Source of the DNA: the human T2T-CHM13v2.0 reference genome, Homo sapiens
Length of the DNA: 64,000 nucleotides
Assembly: GCF_009914755.1 (NCBI RefSeq)
Contig: NC_060925.1
Direction: 5' to 3' (one strand)
This document shows positions 32,596 through 48,800 of this stretch, piece by piece. Position numbers and translations under genes: made by a program. Each line of letters begins with the position of its first letter. Position 1 is the stretch's first letter. The notes beneath the pieces are model-generated. The model saw only the letters and a program-made list of their open reading frames with translations, did not search any database and was not told where the DNA came from.

Positions 32596-34380
32596 TAAAA
32601 GAATATTTAAGTGCAATAGCCACTAAACTTAGCTGACACTCTAAAGCACCTGAAGTTGTGGGTATAAAGCAAGAACAAATAGTGGCAGATGTTGCAATCA
32701 GAGAGCAATAGCAGAGGTAGGGCAGAGGACAAAGAGCCAGAGCTAGATGCATGGAAGAAAAGGTGGAGGCAGATGCTGCAGTCAGTACAACAGATGGGGC
32801 CGGAGCCAGATGCTGTGTTCCTGGCAGCAGCCACAAAGACAGGGACTGATGTTGCCAAGGCAACAGGCATATCAACATCTGTAAGCATATTGCTTCTATT
32901 CCTCTTCACTCCATGGAAAGCTGCCAAAAAGGGATGTGCCCATAATCCTCCTCCAACAAGAATCTCATTACCAGAATTCATCAGCATTAAATGTGACACT
33001 TGTTTCCTTTCCACTTAAACCTTATGTGAAAATGTGTCTACCTATCTAAAACATCCATCTGTCAGCCTGTAAAAGCCTAGTCAGGGTGGCCACTCAGATA
33101 CCTAAGAAAGCATCAGCTCTTCTCTAGGAATTCGTGAGAGCCCTTTACGGTGTGCTCTAGAAAAGCACACTGAAGGAACAGCTGGGATTAGAAAAGTTGC
33201 AACCAAAATAAAAAGAGAGAAAAAGAAAAGAAAGAAAAGGTTGCTAATAAGTCAGAGCTATAGTTCCCTAAAATGCCCAAAAGGAAGGTGGATGTTTTAT
33301 AAAATCTAAGGCTTTCATTTTTAATGAGTAACTATTTTGCTAAAACAGTAAAAGCATAGTAATTTATATTTAGTAGATCTTGAAAATTAGTCCATTTGCC
33401 TACACATTACATATGTTTCCATTAGTTTGTAACCTCTAAAATTGTATTTGAGGCTAATTTGTTGTTCACATAATGTTTTTGTATTGCATTGATGAATAAT
33501 AAAAATGAGGAGATTCTCTTTATTTCTTACCAAACTAAAATTAAGCTTGTGCTTCTGCATCAGGCATCAACCTGTCAAATTTCACATACATTTCCAGATT
33601 TTTCTTGTCAACCAAAGACTCAGTCAAACAAGGGTGAAGTAAAACCACCATTTATGGAATAGTGACCATATGCCAGATGATTCGCATCCATTATCTCATG
33701 TAATCCTTACAACATTTTATGAAGTTGGATTTATTATCTCTCTTTTACAGAAGAGAAAACTGAGGCTCAGAAAAGCTAAGTAACTTGCCAAAGTTTCTTA
33801 TGGATAGAAAATAATGTTGCAAATGGCTACCTAATTCTAAATCCTGTGCTTTTTACATTTCTTCATGTTCTAGTACCAAAATATTTTGTCTGTTTTCTAC
33901 ACACTCAGTAACAGAACAGATGCAAGAACTCCTTAGATCATACCTTCAGTCAAATGGATCAGTGGAATCTGTCCCTGCAGGGGACAGTTGGCAGAACTGA
34001 TATGTACTGGTTGCTGGTATTCTCTTTCCGTTTAGGTCATGCCTGTTACAGCTGACACCTCAGGCTAGTTTTCAAATCATTTTGCTACTTCATGCACTAA
34101 AATTAAAACCAACTGTAATCAGAGGGTGACTGTCACCTCCAAAAGATTGTTTATATGAGAAGATTTGTAAAGTGAGTTGAAAGTATATACCCAATTGTTT
34201 TATTTCGTGTAAGCCTGTGGCTACTCAGAGTAACAGATTAATGTTTTTGTTATATTCATTTTAAGCAAATATTTATAAAAGAAACTCCTTTTACGTGAGG
34301 AATTCACTCTGAATATGAATTTTTTATGTACATAGTATTTTGCACAGAGTAAGCACTCAGTACATTTCTGTTGTGGTTTT

Positions 34381-34522
34381 CATATGTATACACACACATA
34401 TACAAATATATATGTATATATATGTACACGCATACACGTGTGTGCATGTATATATGTGCATGTATGTATGCATGTATATATGTGTGTATACATGCACATA
34501 TATACACATATATGTGCATATA
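34381..34522. repeat. Mixed (TA/CA/TG)n alternating purine-pyrimidine tract
   Basis: Read directly from the sequence. Confidence 0.9.
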
Positions 34523-36099
34523 TTCAGAACTCATTATCTGTAAGTAGTTTCTTTGAAAAAGAGCAATGAATCAATATTAAATGTGTACTGTTATGGATCG
34601 TATTTATAATGCAAATAGTTAATGATGATATGATATATTGCACTGAGATGGTAGTTTTTTTATTCACTCAATAATTCAAGAAAAAGTCATTAAAGACCTA
34701 CCTTGTATTGGTGCTACTGGGGACATTAAGATGACAGGATTCTTTCAGTCCTTAAAGGAGCCCTATTGTAAGGTATCAAAGTAAACAGAGGTGTATCCAA
34801 TACCATATTACAGTGTGATAAGCAGTGTAAGATTGAAATTACAAAGAAGCAGAGGGGTCAGCAATGAATTCTGCCTTTGGTTCATTAGAATACTTCATAT
34901 TCAGTTTAATTGGATAAAGAATGAATGATATTTCATGAAAGAAAAATGACTTAGGCAAGCTTAGGCAAGGCCATCCCAGGAAGAGGAAATGCTAAGACCC
35001 AGTGAACTCCCTCTTTTTTTCTAGAACCAAGTCCCTATGCCCTTCCTTTAGCCATTATTTAGTTGGGGCTTTGCCCAGTGCTAGTTCTTTCCAGTCAGTT
35101 ATTACATACCTCATATCTCTTCATGACTTGAATGTAGAGTATTGTTAGTTAACAAGTGATAGCAAAAGCAGAGGTATGAGGGAAACTACAGGAAAAGAAC
35201 ATTTATGAGAATTACTAATCAAAAAGTTAAATCCAGTAGTCATTACTAGGCATGCTAATTTCATACAAAATCTTTTTCTCAATGCATCTTAGCTTTCCCA
35301 GTAACCAGTAGAAATCAGAATTTCAGATAAGTATTTCAACAAATCTGTGTGCAAAATTTGTCTATAAAAATCTTATTTCCTTGCATCTTGAAATTTATTA
35401 ATTTTTCCACAAATACTTTCTCACACCTGGAAAGAACTGATAATGAAAGGTCCTCTACAATTTGTAATGTGATTCTATAAGCATTAATTCACTTGAAATT
35501 TCAGCAACAATTTGGCACATTGATAGGGTATTGTCTATTATAGTTTTATAGATGGTAAAACTAAAACTCACAGAGGTCAAAGAACTTGTCCAAGATCCTC
35601 TGGTTTGTGTGTGGCAGAATTCTGGATTTTGAGTCCACAGCTAATTCTCCTTCAGTAAAATGAAAGCTTTGAGATCTTATCCTCTGGTCAAGAAGTGTTT
35701 GGAGAGACAGTAGATGGTTTTACCAGGAATCATTTCAGACTGTGACCTGGATTTGACTAAAACTCTCAGAACCCTCCTGAATTTCTAATTTGATTGTCCT
35801 GCAGAATATTTCCGAGGTCCTGCAGCTAAAAATGCAGGGAACTCTTATATCTTATCTCCTTTTATGAAAAATGACTAATATCCCTGAAAGCAGTTGATAA
35901 AAAACACTGGAAATTTTATACAGCTCTTTTCTTAAAGTTCCAGATGTGAGAATCTTTAGGATTTTCTCACCATATATCCACATTTTAATTTAGCCTTTGT
36001 AGATGGTGCTTGTTTATTTTTCATCACCTCCTCCCTTCTCTGTTTCTTTGGCTCTCTTATATACATGTGTGCATCTAGAATGCCTGGCATAATCAGGGC

Positions 36100-36396
36100 T
36101 GCATTTGTTTGTTAGGACTGTCATAAAGAAATACCACAGACTGGGTGGCTTAAGCAACAGAAATTTATCATCTCACAATTCTGGAGGCTAGAAGTCCAAG
36201 ATCAAGGTGTCAACAGGTTTGGCTTCTCCTGCAGCCTCTTCCCTTGGCTTGCAGATGGCTGCCTTCTTGCTGTGTCTTCACATGGCTGCCTCTCTGTCAA
36301 TGTCACCTGTGTCTTAATACCAGATTCTTCTTATAAGGATGTCAGTCATATTGAATTGGGGCCCACCCTAATGACCCCATTTTAAATTAAATACCT
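36100..36396 (-). mobile_element. MLT1A/B (MaLR) LTR, left part
   Basis: ccacagactgggtggcttaagcaacagaaatttat...ggaggctagaagtccaagatcaaggtg; continues after the L1. Confidence 0.8.
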
Positions 36397-36632
36397 ATTT
36401 ATTTATTTATTAATTATTATTATTATTTTTCTACTTTAAGTTTTAGGGTACATGTGCACAACGGGCAGGTTTGTTACATATGTATACATGTGCCATGTTG
36501 CTGAGCTGCACCCATTAACTCCTCATTTATCATTACGTATATCTCCTAATGCTATCCCTCCCCCCTCCCCCCACCCCACAACAGTCTCCGGTGTGTGATG
36601 CTCCCCTTCGTGTGTCCATGTGTTCTCATTGT

Positions 36633-40422
<3,790 letters not shown>

Positions 40423-40485
40423 TATGATGTTAGCTGGTTATTTTGCTCGTTAGTTGATGCAGTTTCTTCCTAGCCTTGATGGTCT

Positions 40486-41503
40486 TTACAATTTGGCATG
40501 TTTTTGCAGTGGCTGGTACCAGTTGTTCCTTTCCATGTTTAGTGCTTCCTTCAGGAGCTCTTTTAGGGCAGGCCTGGTGGTGACAAAATCTCTCAGTATT
40601 TGCTTGTCTGTAAAGTATTTTATTTCTCCTTCACTTATGAAGCTTAGTTTGGCTGGATATGAAATTCTGGGTTGAAAATTCTTTTCTTTAAGAATGTTGA
40701 ATATTGGCCCCCACTCTCTTCTGGCTTGTAGAGTTTCTGCCGAGAGATCTGCTGTTAGTCTGATGGGCTTCCCTTTGTGGGTAACCCGACCTTTCTCTCT
40801 GGCTGCCCTTAACATTTTTTCCTTTATTTCAACTTTGGTGAATCTGACAATTATGTGTCTTGGAGTTGCTCTTCTCGGGGAGTATCTTTGTGGCGTTCTC
40901 TGTATTTCCTGAATTTGAATGTTGGCCTGCCTTGCTAGATTGGGGAAGTTCTCCTGGATAATATCCTGCAGAGTGTTTTCCAACTTGGTTCCATTCTCCC
41001 TGTCACTTTCAGGTACACCAATGAGACGTAGATTTGGTCTTTTCACATAGTCCCATATTTCTTGGAGGCTTTGTTCATTTCTTTTTATTCTGTTTTCTCT
41101 AAACTTCTCTTCACACTTCATTTCATTGATTTTGTCTTCCATCACTGATACCCTTTCTTCCAGTTGATCGCATCGGTTACTGAGGCTTGTGCATTCGTCA
41201 CGTAGTTTTCGTGCCATGGTTTTCAGCTCCATCAGGTCCTTTAAGGACTTCTCTGCATTGATTATTCTAGTTATCCATTTGTCTAATTTTTTTTTCAAAG
41301 TTTTTAACTTCTTTGTCATTGGTTTGAACTTCCTCCTTTAGCTGGGAGTAGTTTGATCTTCTGAAGCCTTCCCCTCTCAACTTGTCAAAGTCATTTTCCG
41401 TCCAGCTTTGTTCCATTGCTGGTGAGGAGCTGTGTTCCTTTGGAGGAGGAGAGGTGCTCTGCTTTTTAGAGTTTCTGGTTGTTCTGCTCTGCTTTTTCCC
41501 CAT
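40486..41503 (-). pseudogene. L1 ORF1, frameshifted
   Basis: MGKKQSRTTRNSK... (41503) and ...ERNNWYQPLQKHAKL (40486) are in different frames, broken at the T-run near 41290. Confidence 0.93.
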
Positions 41504-41899
41504 CTTTGTGGTTTTATCTACCTTTGGTCTTTGATGATGGTGATGTACAGATGGGTTTCTGGTGTGGATGTCCTTTCTGTTTGTTAGTTTTCCTTCTAAC
41601 AGTCAGGACCCTCAGCTGCAGGTCTGTTGGAGTTTACTGGAGGTCCACTCCAGACCCTGTTTGCCTGGGTATCAGCAGTGGTGGCTGCAGAACAGTGGAT
41701 ATTGGTGAACCGCAAATGCTGCTGCCTGATCGTTCCTCTGGAAGTTTTGTCTCAGAGGAGTACCCAGCCGTGTGAGGTGTCAGTCTGCCCCTACTGGGGG
41801 ATGCCTCCCAGTTAGGCTACTCGGGGGTCAGGGACCCACTTGAGGAGGCAGTCTGCCCATTCTCAGATCTCAAGCTGCATGCTGGGAGAACCACTACTC

Positions 41900-42120
41900 T
41901 CTTCAAAGCTGTCAGACAGGGACATTTAAGTCTACAGAGGTTATTGCTGTCTTTTGTTTGTCTGTGCCGTGCCCCCAGAGGTGGAGCCTACAGAGGCAGG
42001 CAGGCCTCCTTGAGCTGTGGTCGGCTCCACCCAGTTCGAGCTTCCCAGAAGCTTTGTTTACCTACTCAAGCCTGGGCAATGGCAGGCGTCCCTCCCCCAG
42101 CCTCGCTGCCACCTTGCAGT
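41900..42120 (+). promoter_or_regulatory. L1 antisense promoter region, pointing in the TNNI3K sense direction
   Basis: Corresponds to ~nt 400-620 of an intact L1 5'UTR; activity inferred from family knowledge only. Confidence 0.5.
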
Positions 42121-42405
42121 TTGATCTCAGACTGCTGTGCTAGCAATGAGCGAGGCTCCGTGGGCATAGGACCCTCCAAGCCAGGTGCGGGATGTAATCT
42201 CCTGGTGTGCCGTTTGTTAAGCCTGTTGGAAAAGCGCAGTATTAGGGTGGGAGTGACCCAATTTTCCAGGTGCTGTCTGTCACCCCGTTCTTTTACTAGG
42301 AAAGGGAATTCCCTGACCCTTTGCGCTTCCCAGGTGAGGCAATGCCTCGCCCTACTTCGGCTCAGGCATGGTGCGCTTCACCCACTGTCCCGCACTCCCC
42401 AGTGA
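42079..42405 (+). CDS. L1 ORF0-like antisense ORF, open (108 aa)
   Basis: gcaATGG Kozak context; MAGVPPPASLPPCSLISDCCASNERGSVGIGPSKPG... resembles primate L1 ORF0; ATG at ~nt 440 of the L1 5'UTR. Expression unknown. Confidence 0.6.
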   Translation: MAGVPPPASLPPCSLISDCCASNERGSVGIGPSKPGAGCNLLVCRLLSLLEKRSIRVGVTQFSRCCLSPRSFTRKGNSLTLCASQVRQCLALLRLRHGALHPLSRTPQ

Positions 42406-42518
42406 GATGAACCCAGTACCTCAGTTGGAAATGCAGAAATCACCCATCTTCTGCATTGCTCATGCTGGGAGCTGTAGACTGGAGCTGTTCCTATTCGGCC
42501 ATCTTGGCTCCACCCCTC

Positions 42519-42819
<301 letters not shown>

Positions 42820-43256
42820 TGATTAAGAATAATGGTATGCAAAGGGATGTGGGGGCATTGGGAGTGCTCAACTCCAGTGGGAAAGGGTATTTTATCAACT
42901 GCCAGCATTTAGAATTGATAATGACTGATAATAATAAAAAGCAGACTGACTTTTTGGTCAATTTTATTATTGTGTTAAATTATTTGCAGTCAGTGCATCC
43001 TCTTATGGCCAGCACTAGGGACAGACTGACCACACTGCTCTGCCCTTGATTTGGTGATCAAAAAAAAAAAAAAACCTGTGATGGGTCTTTGTTCCTTTAT
43101 TTGTGTAAAGATGCTAACATTTGTTCTTGGTAATTACAGTGGATGTAGAAATACTATAATTGTACTGAGGAAAAGACAGTCTCTGTAGAAGGTTGAGTAC
43201 AATATAATACCCGTTTTGCTTAAAGTGATGTCTCGTTTGGTCAATAATAAAATTAG

Positions 43257-43568
<312 letters not shown>

Positions 43569-44059
43569 TAGTGATACATTGAACTGTGTGCATAGATTAT
43601 GTCAGTGCATCAATAATTACTTTGCTTGCATGACTTGAACACTCTCATTTCTTCTGTAGATTTTACTTGAGTTTCTGGGGCCTTGGATCAAAGAGTCCAA
43701 TACACTGTAATCAGAGAAGGCAACTCCTAGGCTGCAGATGAACCAAAGGCATTCTCAGTATTGGCACTTTGAAAAGGGAATTGTCACATTTCTAAGTACC
43801 AGAGAAACAAAATTGTGATAGATAATGATAGTAGAGTGGGCTCAGAGCTAGTCTTTATCTCTTATATGGGGGAATTTTCATGTGGTTTCAAATTTATAAG
43901 AAAGAAGTACAAGGGGGGGGGAAAGAAATATTTGTCAGATCTAACCCTGCTGACAATGCTTGTGCTAGAAAATGTGAGGGACCCAAGTGTAAACTTATTT
44001 GAATATAAACTTATTTGCTTAAGTATAAAATTATCTGAGCTCAAAGTGGTGAAAGCTTG

Positions 44060-44270
44060 AGATCTGGTATGAAAACAACTGGGTTTAAATCAAGCCATAT
44101 TATTTGATCTTGTGCAAATTATTTAATATTTCTGAACTCCATTTTCTTCATCTGAAAAATAAGGATTATAAATTCTACTTTATAAGATTGTAAAGATTAA
44201 ATGAGATAATATACGCAAATTGCTTAGAACAGTGGCTGACACAAAATAAATGCTAAGTAATTGCTATTTT
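44060..44270 (+). mobile_element. MIR (one of many; others at ~3230, 6740, 12700, 18550, 21180, 23440, 24500, 33650, 48320-48715, 63700)
   Basis: ctgggtttaaatc...ttttcttcatctgaaaaataaggatta...gattaaatgagataat core. Confidence 0.7.
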
Positions 44271-44736
44271 AGTGTGATAACAGTGGGACTACTAGTAGCT
44301 CAGAAATAAAGATGATTGATAACAAATTCATCATTTCAAGGGAGAAGTAACTGAAGACATTCAGATGGTGAAAAGCATCTTTGTAATTGTTATTGAGATA
44401 TATTTGCCTCATAAGCAAGCTCTCCATATACACATACACTCCTAAGGAGTTTAGATTTTTAGGTGATATGAAAGAATATATATTGTCTTTGAAATTATAG
44501 GTTATAATTGAATACTATAAAAAAATGCCAGATTTTAAAGTCACATTTTAATTGTTATTTTAACTTTTGATGACTGCATTGTCTTTTTACGATATTAAAA
44601 ATGTGTAAAGAAACATAGTTATCTTTTTAAATACTCAAATCCTAAAAGATTGTACTGAAAATAACAATTATTAAGCTATAAGATTTCCTAGCCTACCAAG
44701 TTGATTCGAAAGGTTTTCTGACTAAAGTGGGATATG

Positions 44737-45078
<342 letters not shown>

Positions 45079-45289
45079 TCAATGAAAGGAGAAATGTAGT
45101 CTGATGGATGAAAATGTAGAGCTGTTGTAAGCATGCAGTAAGCGTATAGACAAGGAGAAGGAAAAATGTACAGGTCTGAAGACTGCTAGTAGAAAAATGA
45201 TGTGGGAGTTACTTTAATAAAGACAAGTGAACAGACATAGAATATTAAGTAATAAGTTAGATATAGGCTTGCTGTATTTTGGTGGGCTT

Positions 45290-45810
45290 ATTTTGCTTTT
45301 TATTTGAATATTGTATAAATACAAACATATATATACCTTTGCACATATTATAACCATATAGGTCAATGAATTTCACAGATTGAACTCACCCAGCACCCAA
45401 ATGAAGAAACTGAACATAACAAGTCCCCTAAAAGCCCCATTGACATTCTCTTCCAATCACTCCCCTAAAGAGGTTACCACTGCCTTCTTGTGGCATAGTC
45501 GTTTTGCCACTTTCTGCACTTTATATAAATGAAATGCTATGCTATGTACTTCTTTGTGTCTGGCTTTTTTCAGCCAACAATATGTGAGATTCATTCACAT
45601 TGTTGCAGGCAGTTGTAGATTGTTCATTCTTATCATTGTATAGTATAATGTTTTGTGACTATATCACAATTTTTTAATTCATTCTACTGTTCACGAGCAT
45701 TTGGATAATTTTCAATTTGGGGCTATTAAGAGTACTGTGTTATGAACATTCATATATGTAGATATATGTCTTTCGTTGAATATATGGTTGCATTTCTATT
45801 AGATATAAAG
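45290..45810 (-). mobile_element. Old L1M 3' fragment
   Basis: tatataaatgaaat...tatgtacttctttgtgtctggctt...gagattcattcacattgttgca. Confidence 0.7.
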
Positions 45811-48800
45811 GTGTTCTACTTTGTATTAAAAAATCTAGGTAGCTCTATATCTTAATATCAATTGGAAAATCTTAAATTTTCTGAAATCTCAGGAGGCCTT
45901 ACTAAATTCTACCTCCTCAACACATTGCATTTATTCAAGTGATTCTCAGACAGTGACTCTCAAGAAATGTTAGCTTCAGTGTAAGACTGTTTACAAAGCA
46001 TTAGTCTTCCGGAAGGCAGCTCAGAAATTGCTGCTGCAGCTATCTCTTCACAGAGGTTGGCTTTGTTTGTTTTTAGCTGATTGAGAGTGATAGTTGAAAA
46101 CTGGCTTTACTTTTATTTTTCATGGAATTCCACACTTCTATGAAACAGTGAATCATTGTGTAAGCTTCTAAGATTTCCTATGAAATGTCAACAAAGATCC
46201 TTTAACTTAGAGGACTTGCCCACTGGCCTCTTCAACATATGCTGTATTTGTCACTGTATTTGTTCAAACTAATGTGCCAGGCATCAGTGTTGCATTCCAT
46301 TATTACTATGAATTTTAACAAATTGAATGTTGTTGCTCAGAAGACAGATGGATGTTTTGCAAATGTTCTAGGGCAAAGCAAGTCAAATGACAAATGGAAT
46401 TGTTGCTATTTTTCTCTTCCTAAAAAAATGTTGCATTGTTTTCATGTGTTCAGGGAGAACTGAAGTGGCCTTGTTAATATTGTCAGCAGTGCACCTGTCC
46501 CCGTATCCTTTGAAACAAGAAGTGCTTCCCTGCCTCCTTGGAGAGGGAATCACTATATTAATTGATATAGCATACTAAGGAGTTCCCTGAGCAATTTGGA
46601 GGTAAAGCTGAGGAAGGACTAAAACTCTACTTGATGTAAGAATGGCCCCATCATGGTTTACCATGTACCCTATCCTATCCCGGGAGAGATAAACAAGAAG
46701 GGAGCTTCACAATCAAGGGTGTCTATTTGAATAGGTCTACTTTTGGATACGCCCAATTTAAATAGTTCATCCTAGTCTAATCTCTTAACAGAAAACCATG
46801 CAGTCTTTCTCAGCAGCACCCGTCTCTATCTGAATGGCTCTAAGCCAAATTTTTCACCTGACCCAAGCTAAATTTTAGCTGACCTTCTTTCTACTATTCT
46901 GATATGGCACATTGAAGTGTGATTTGGAGTTCTGGAAGAGTTATATATTCTCTTTTGGAATGCTTTCAGAAAAGGGTTTACTCACTATGGTTCCCTGTGG
47001 AATCAGATATAAAGAATGCTTTCTATTTGCATAGCCCTTCTAACCTAAATATATCAAAATCAATCTTGAAAATAATTTTCCTGGTGACCGTCATCCTACA
47101 CAGAAGCCACTGTTTAAGTTTCAATATTTATCTGCCAGAGTGCTTAGAGCTCCAATTTTACAATATTTAGAGTGTCTCCCCTCCCCATCTCTCCCCTTCT
47201 TCGTTTCTACTATTCCAATCTGAAAGTGTAGCGATCGCTGTCTCACTCACTTGGATTTGTTCTGCCCTTTTCCTGTAGTACAAAGGACCTGCATGAATCA
47301 ATTTAAATTGGTCAGAAGAAATAGCCAGCAGCCTGCTTATGTTCAAATCCTCTGCCCTAATCACCAGTATGGAAAACCCATTGAAAAGACCTACACATAA
47401 TCTTACATCCATTGCATTAAAGATGAAACTGCCGAATTGAAAAGATCTCAGCCAATTAGAATTGAACACATAGCTCAATAGTGTGTCTGGCAGTTAGATT
47501 TGAAAAGGCTGCCTTTGACAAAGAAAAGCACTCCTATATGTCAGGCTGTTTAGGGTCAGAAAATAACCTAAACTAGAAACAGAACTAAAAACTTCTTATT
47601 CGTTTCAGTACTGACACCAGTTAAAGTAATATACAGAGGCTCCTATCACAATATCAAATTACCCAGAATACAATATTTGTATACAGCAAAGGCGCCTAAT
47701 TCACAGTGACAGGAAGCTGGAGGTGGAGAATTAGTGAATAAGGGAGCAAAAACAATAAAAATCAAGGCTCCTGTACCATGATATATACTTTGTTCATTCC
47801 TTTTGACAAGTGTAGTATTGTGTGAATTATTTGTAGTAAATGTACTATAGTGTATTCTCTGAAAGTAATGAAATCTTACAGTCATGAGTTTCTACAGTTT
47901 TTAGACAGTAAAAAAATAACTGAGAAATGAGGGTGGGAGAGGAGTACAAGTAAGAAGAGATAGATTCATTAAATTATTTGATAAATTTTCACCAATAGAT
48001 TATGAACTCTCAGGCTTTTTCTATATTGAATTCCTATCTATTTCAAGTTTAGTTACTTAGTTTAGTGATACTGGTTTAGTGTGCAAGAGTGGATTGGGGT
48101 AAGGAATCCATGTGTGAATTTTTGTTTTCGTATACTGGTTATCTTCTTACATGTTTAGCTGCTCTCTTTTAAAAAAAATAAGTAAGTAAAATAATCTCAA
48201 CTGTCATTAGAATGGAAAAACCTTCATCATTGCAGGGAGATAACTCACAAAAATGTTTTTGAAATATAATAACGTAAGAATTCACATACTTAAAATGGAT
48301 AGTAAAAGAGAACTTACATTCATTGAGTATCTTTTACAGATGCATATATATGTATATATAATTTAATCAAAATAACCCTTTAAATTTTTATTATCTTTGT
48401 TTTATAGATAAAGAGATTAAGACTTAGGGCTGCTAAGTCACACTTGCCCAATCCATGCAGTTGTTGAGTAGAGAGGCAGTACCAAATAGGAGGTCTGTCT
48501 TGTTGTAGAATTCAAGCTCTTACCAACACACTGTAAAATTAGATCTAAGCCAAAACTCCATCCTTATTATTTAATGACCTTGTGCAAGGCCTTTAACCTC
48601 TTTCAGCATTTACCCTCAAATTCAAAATGAGGATATTAATAACCACTTTACAGAATTCTGACGAGGTTTAAGGATAAGATTTAAGTGCTTGGCACATAAC
48701 AGAGTCTCAATAAGAATGGCGGCAGCTCTTATTGGTAAGTGCAGAGCAGAGATTCAATCGAATCCACATAACTCCCAAATTTCATGGTCTTTCCTAATTT

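Noticed and set aside
47210-47580. Unique-looking segment with a 103-aa minus-strand ORF, possibly an enhancer
   Set aside because: No convincing motif cluster or protein similarity, and it cannot be supported without conservation data
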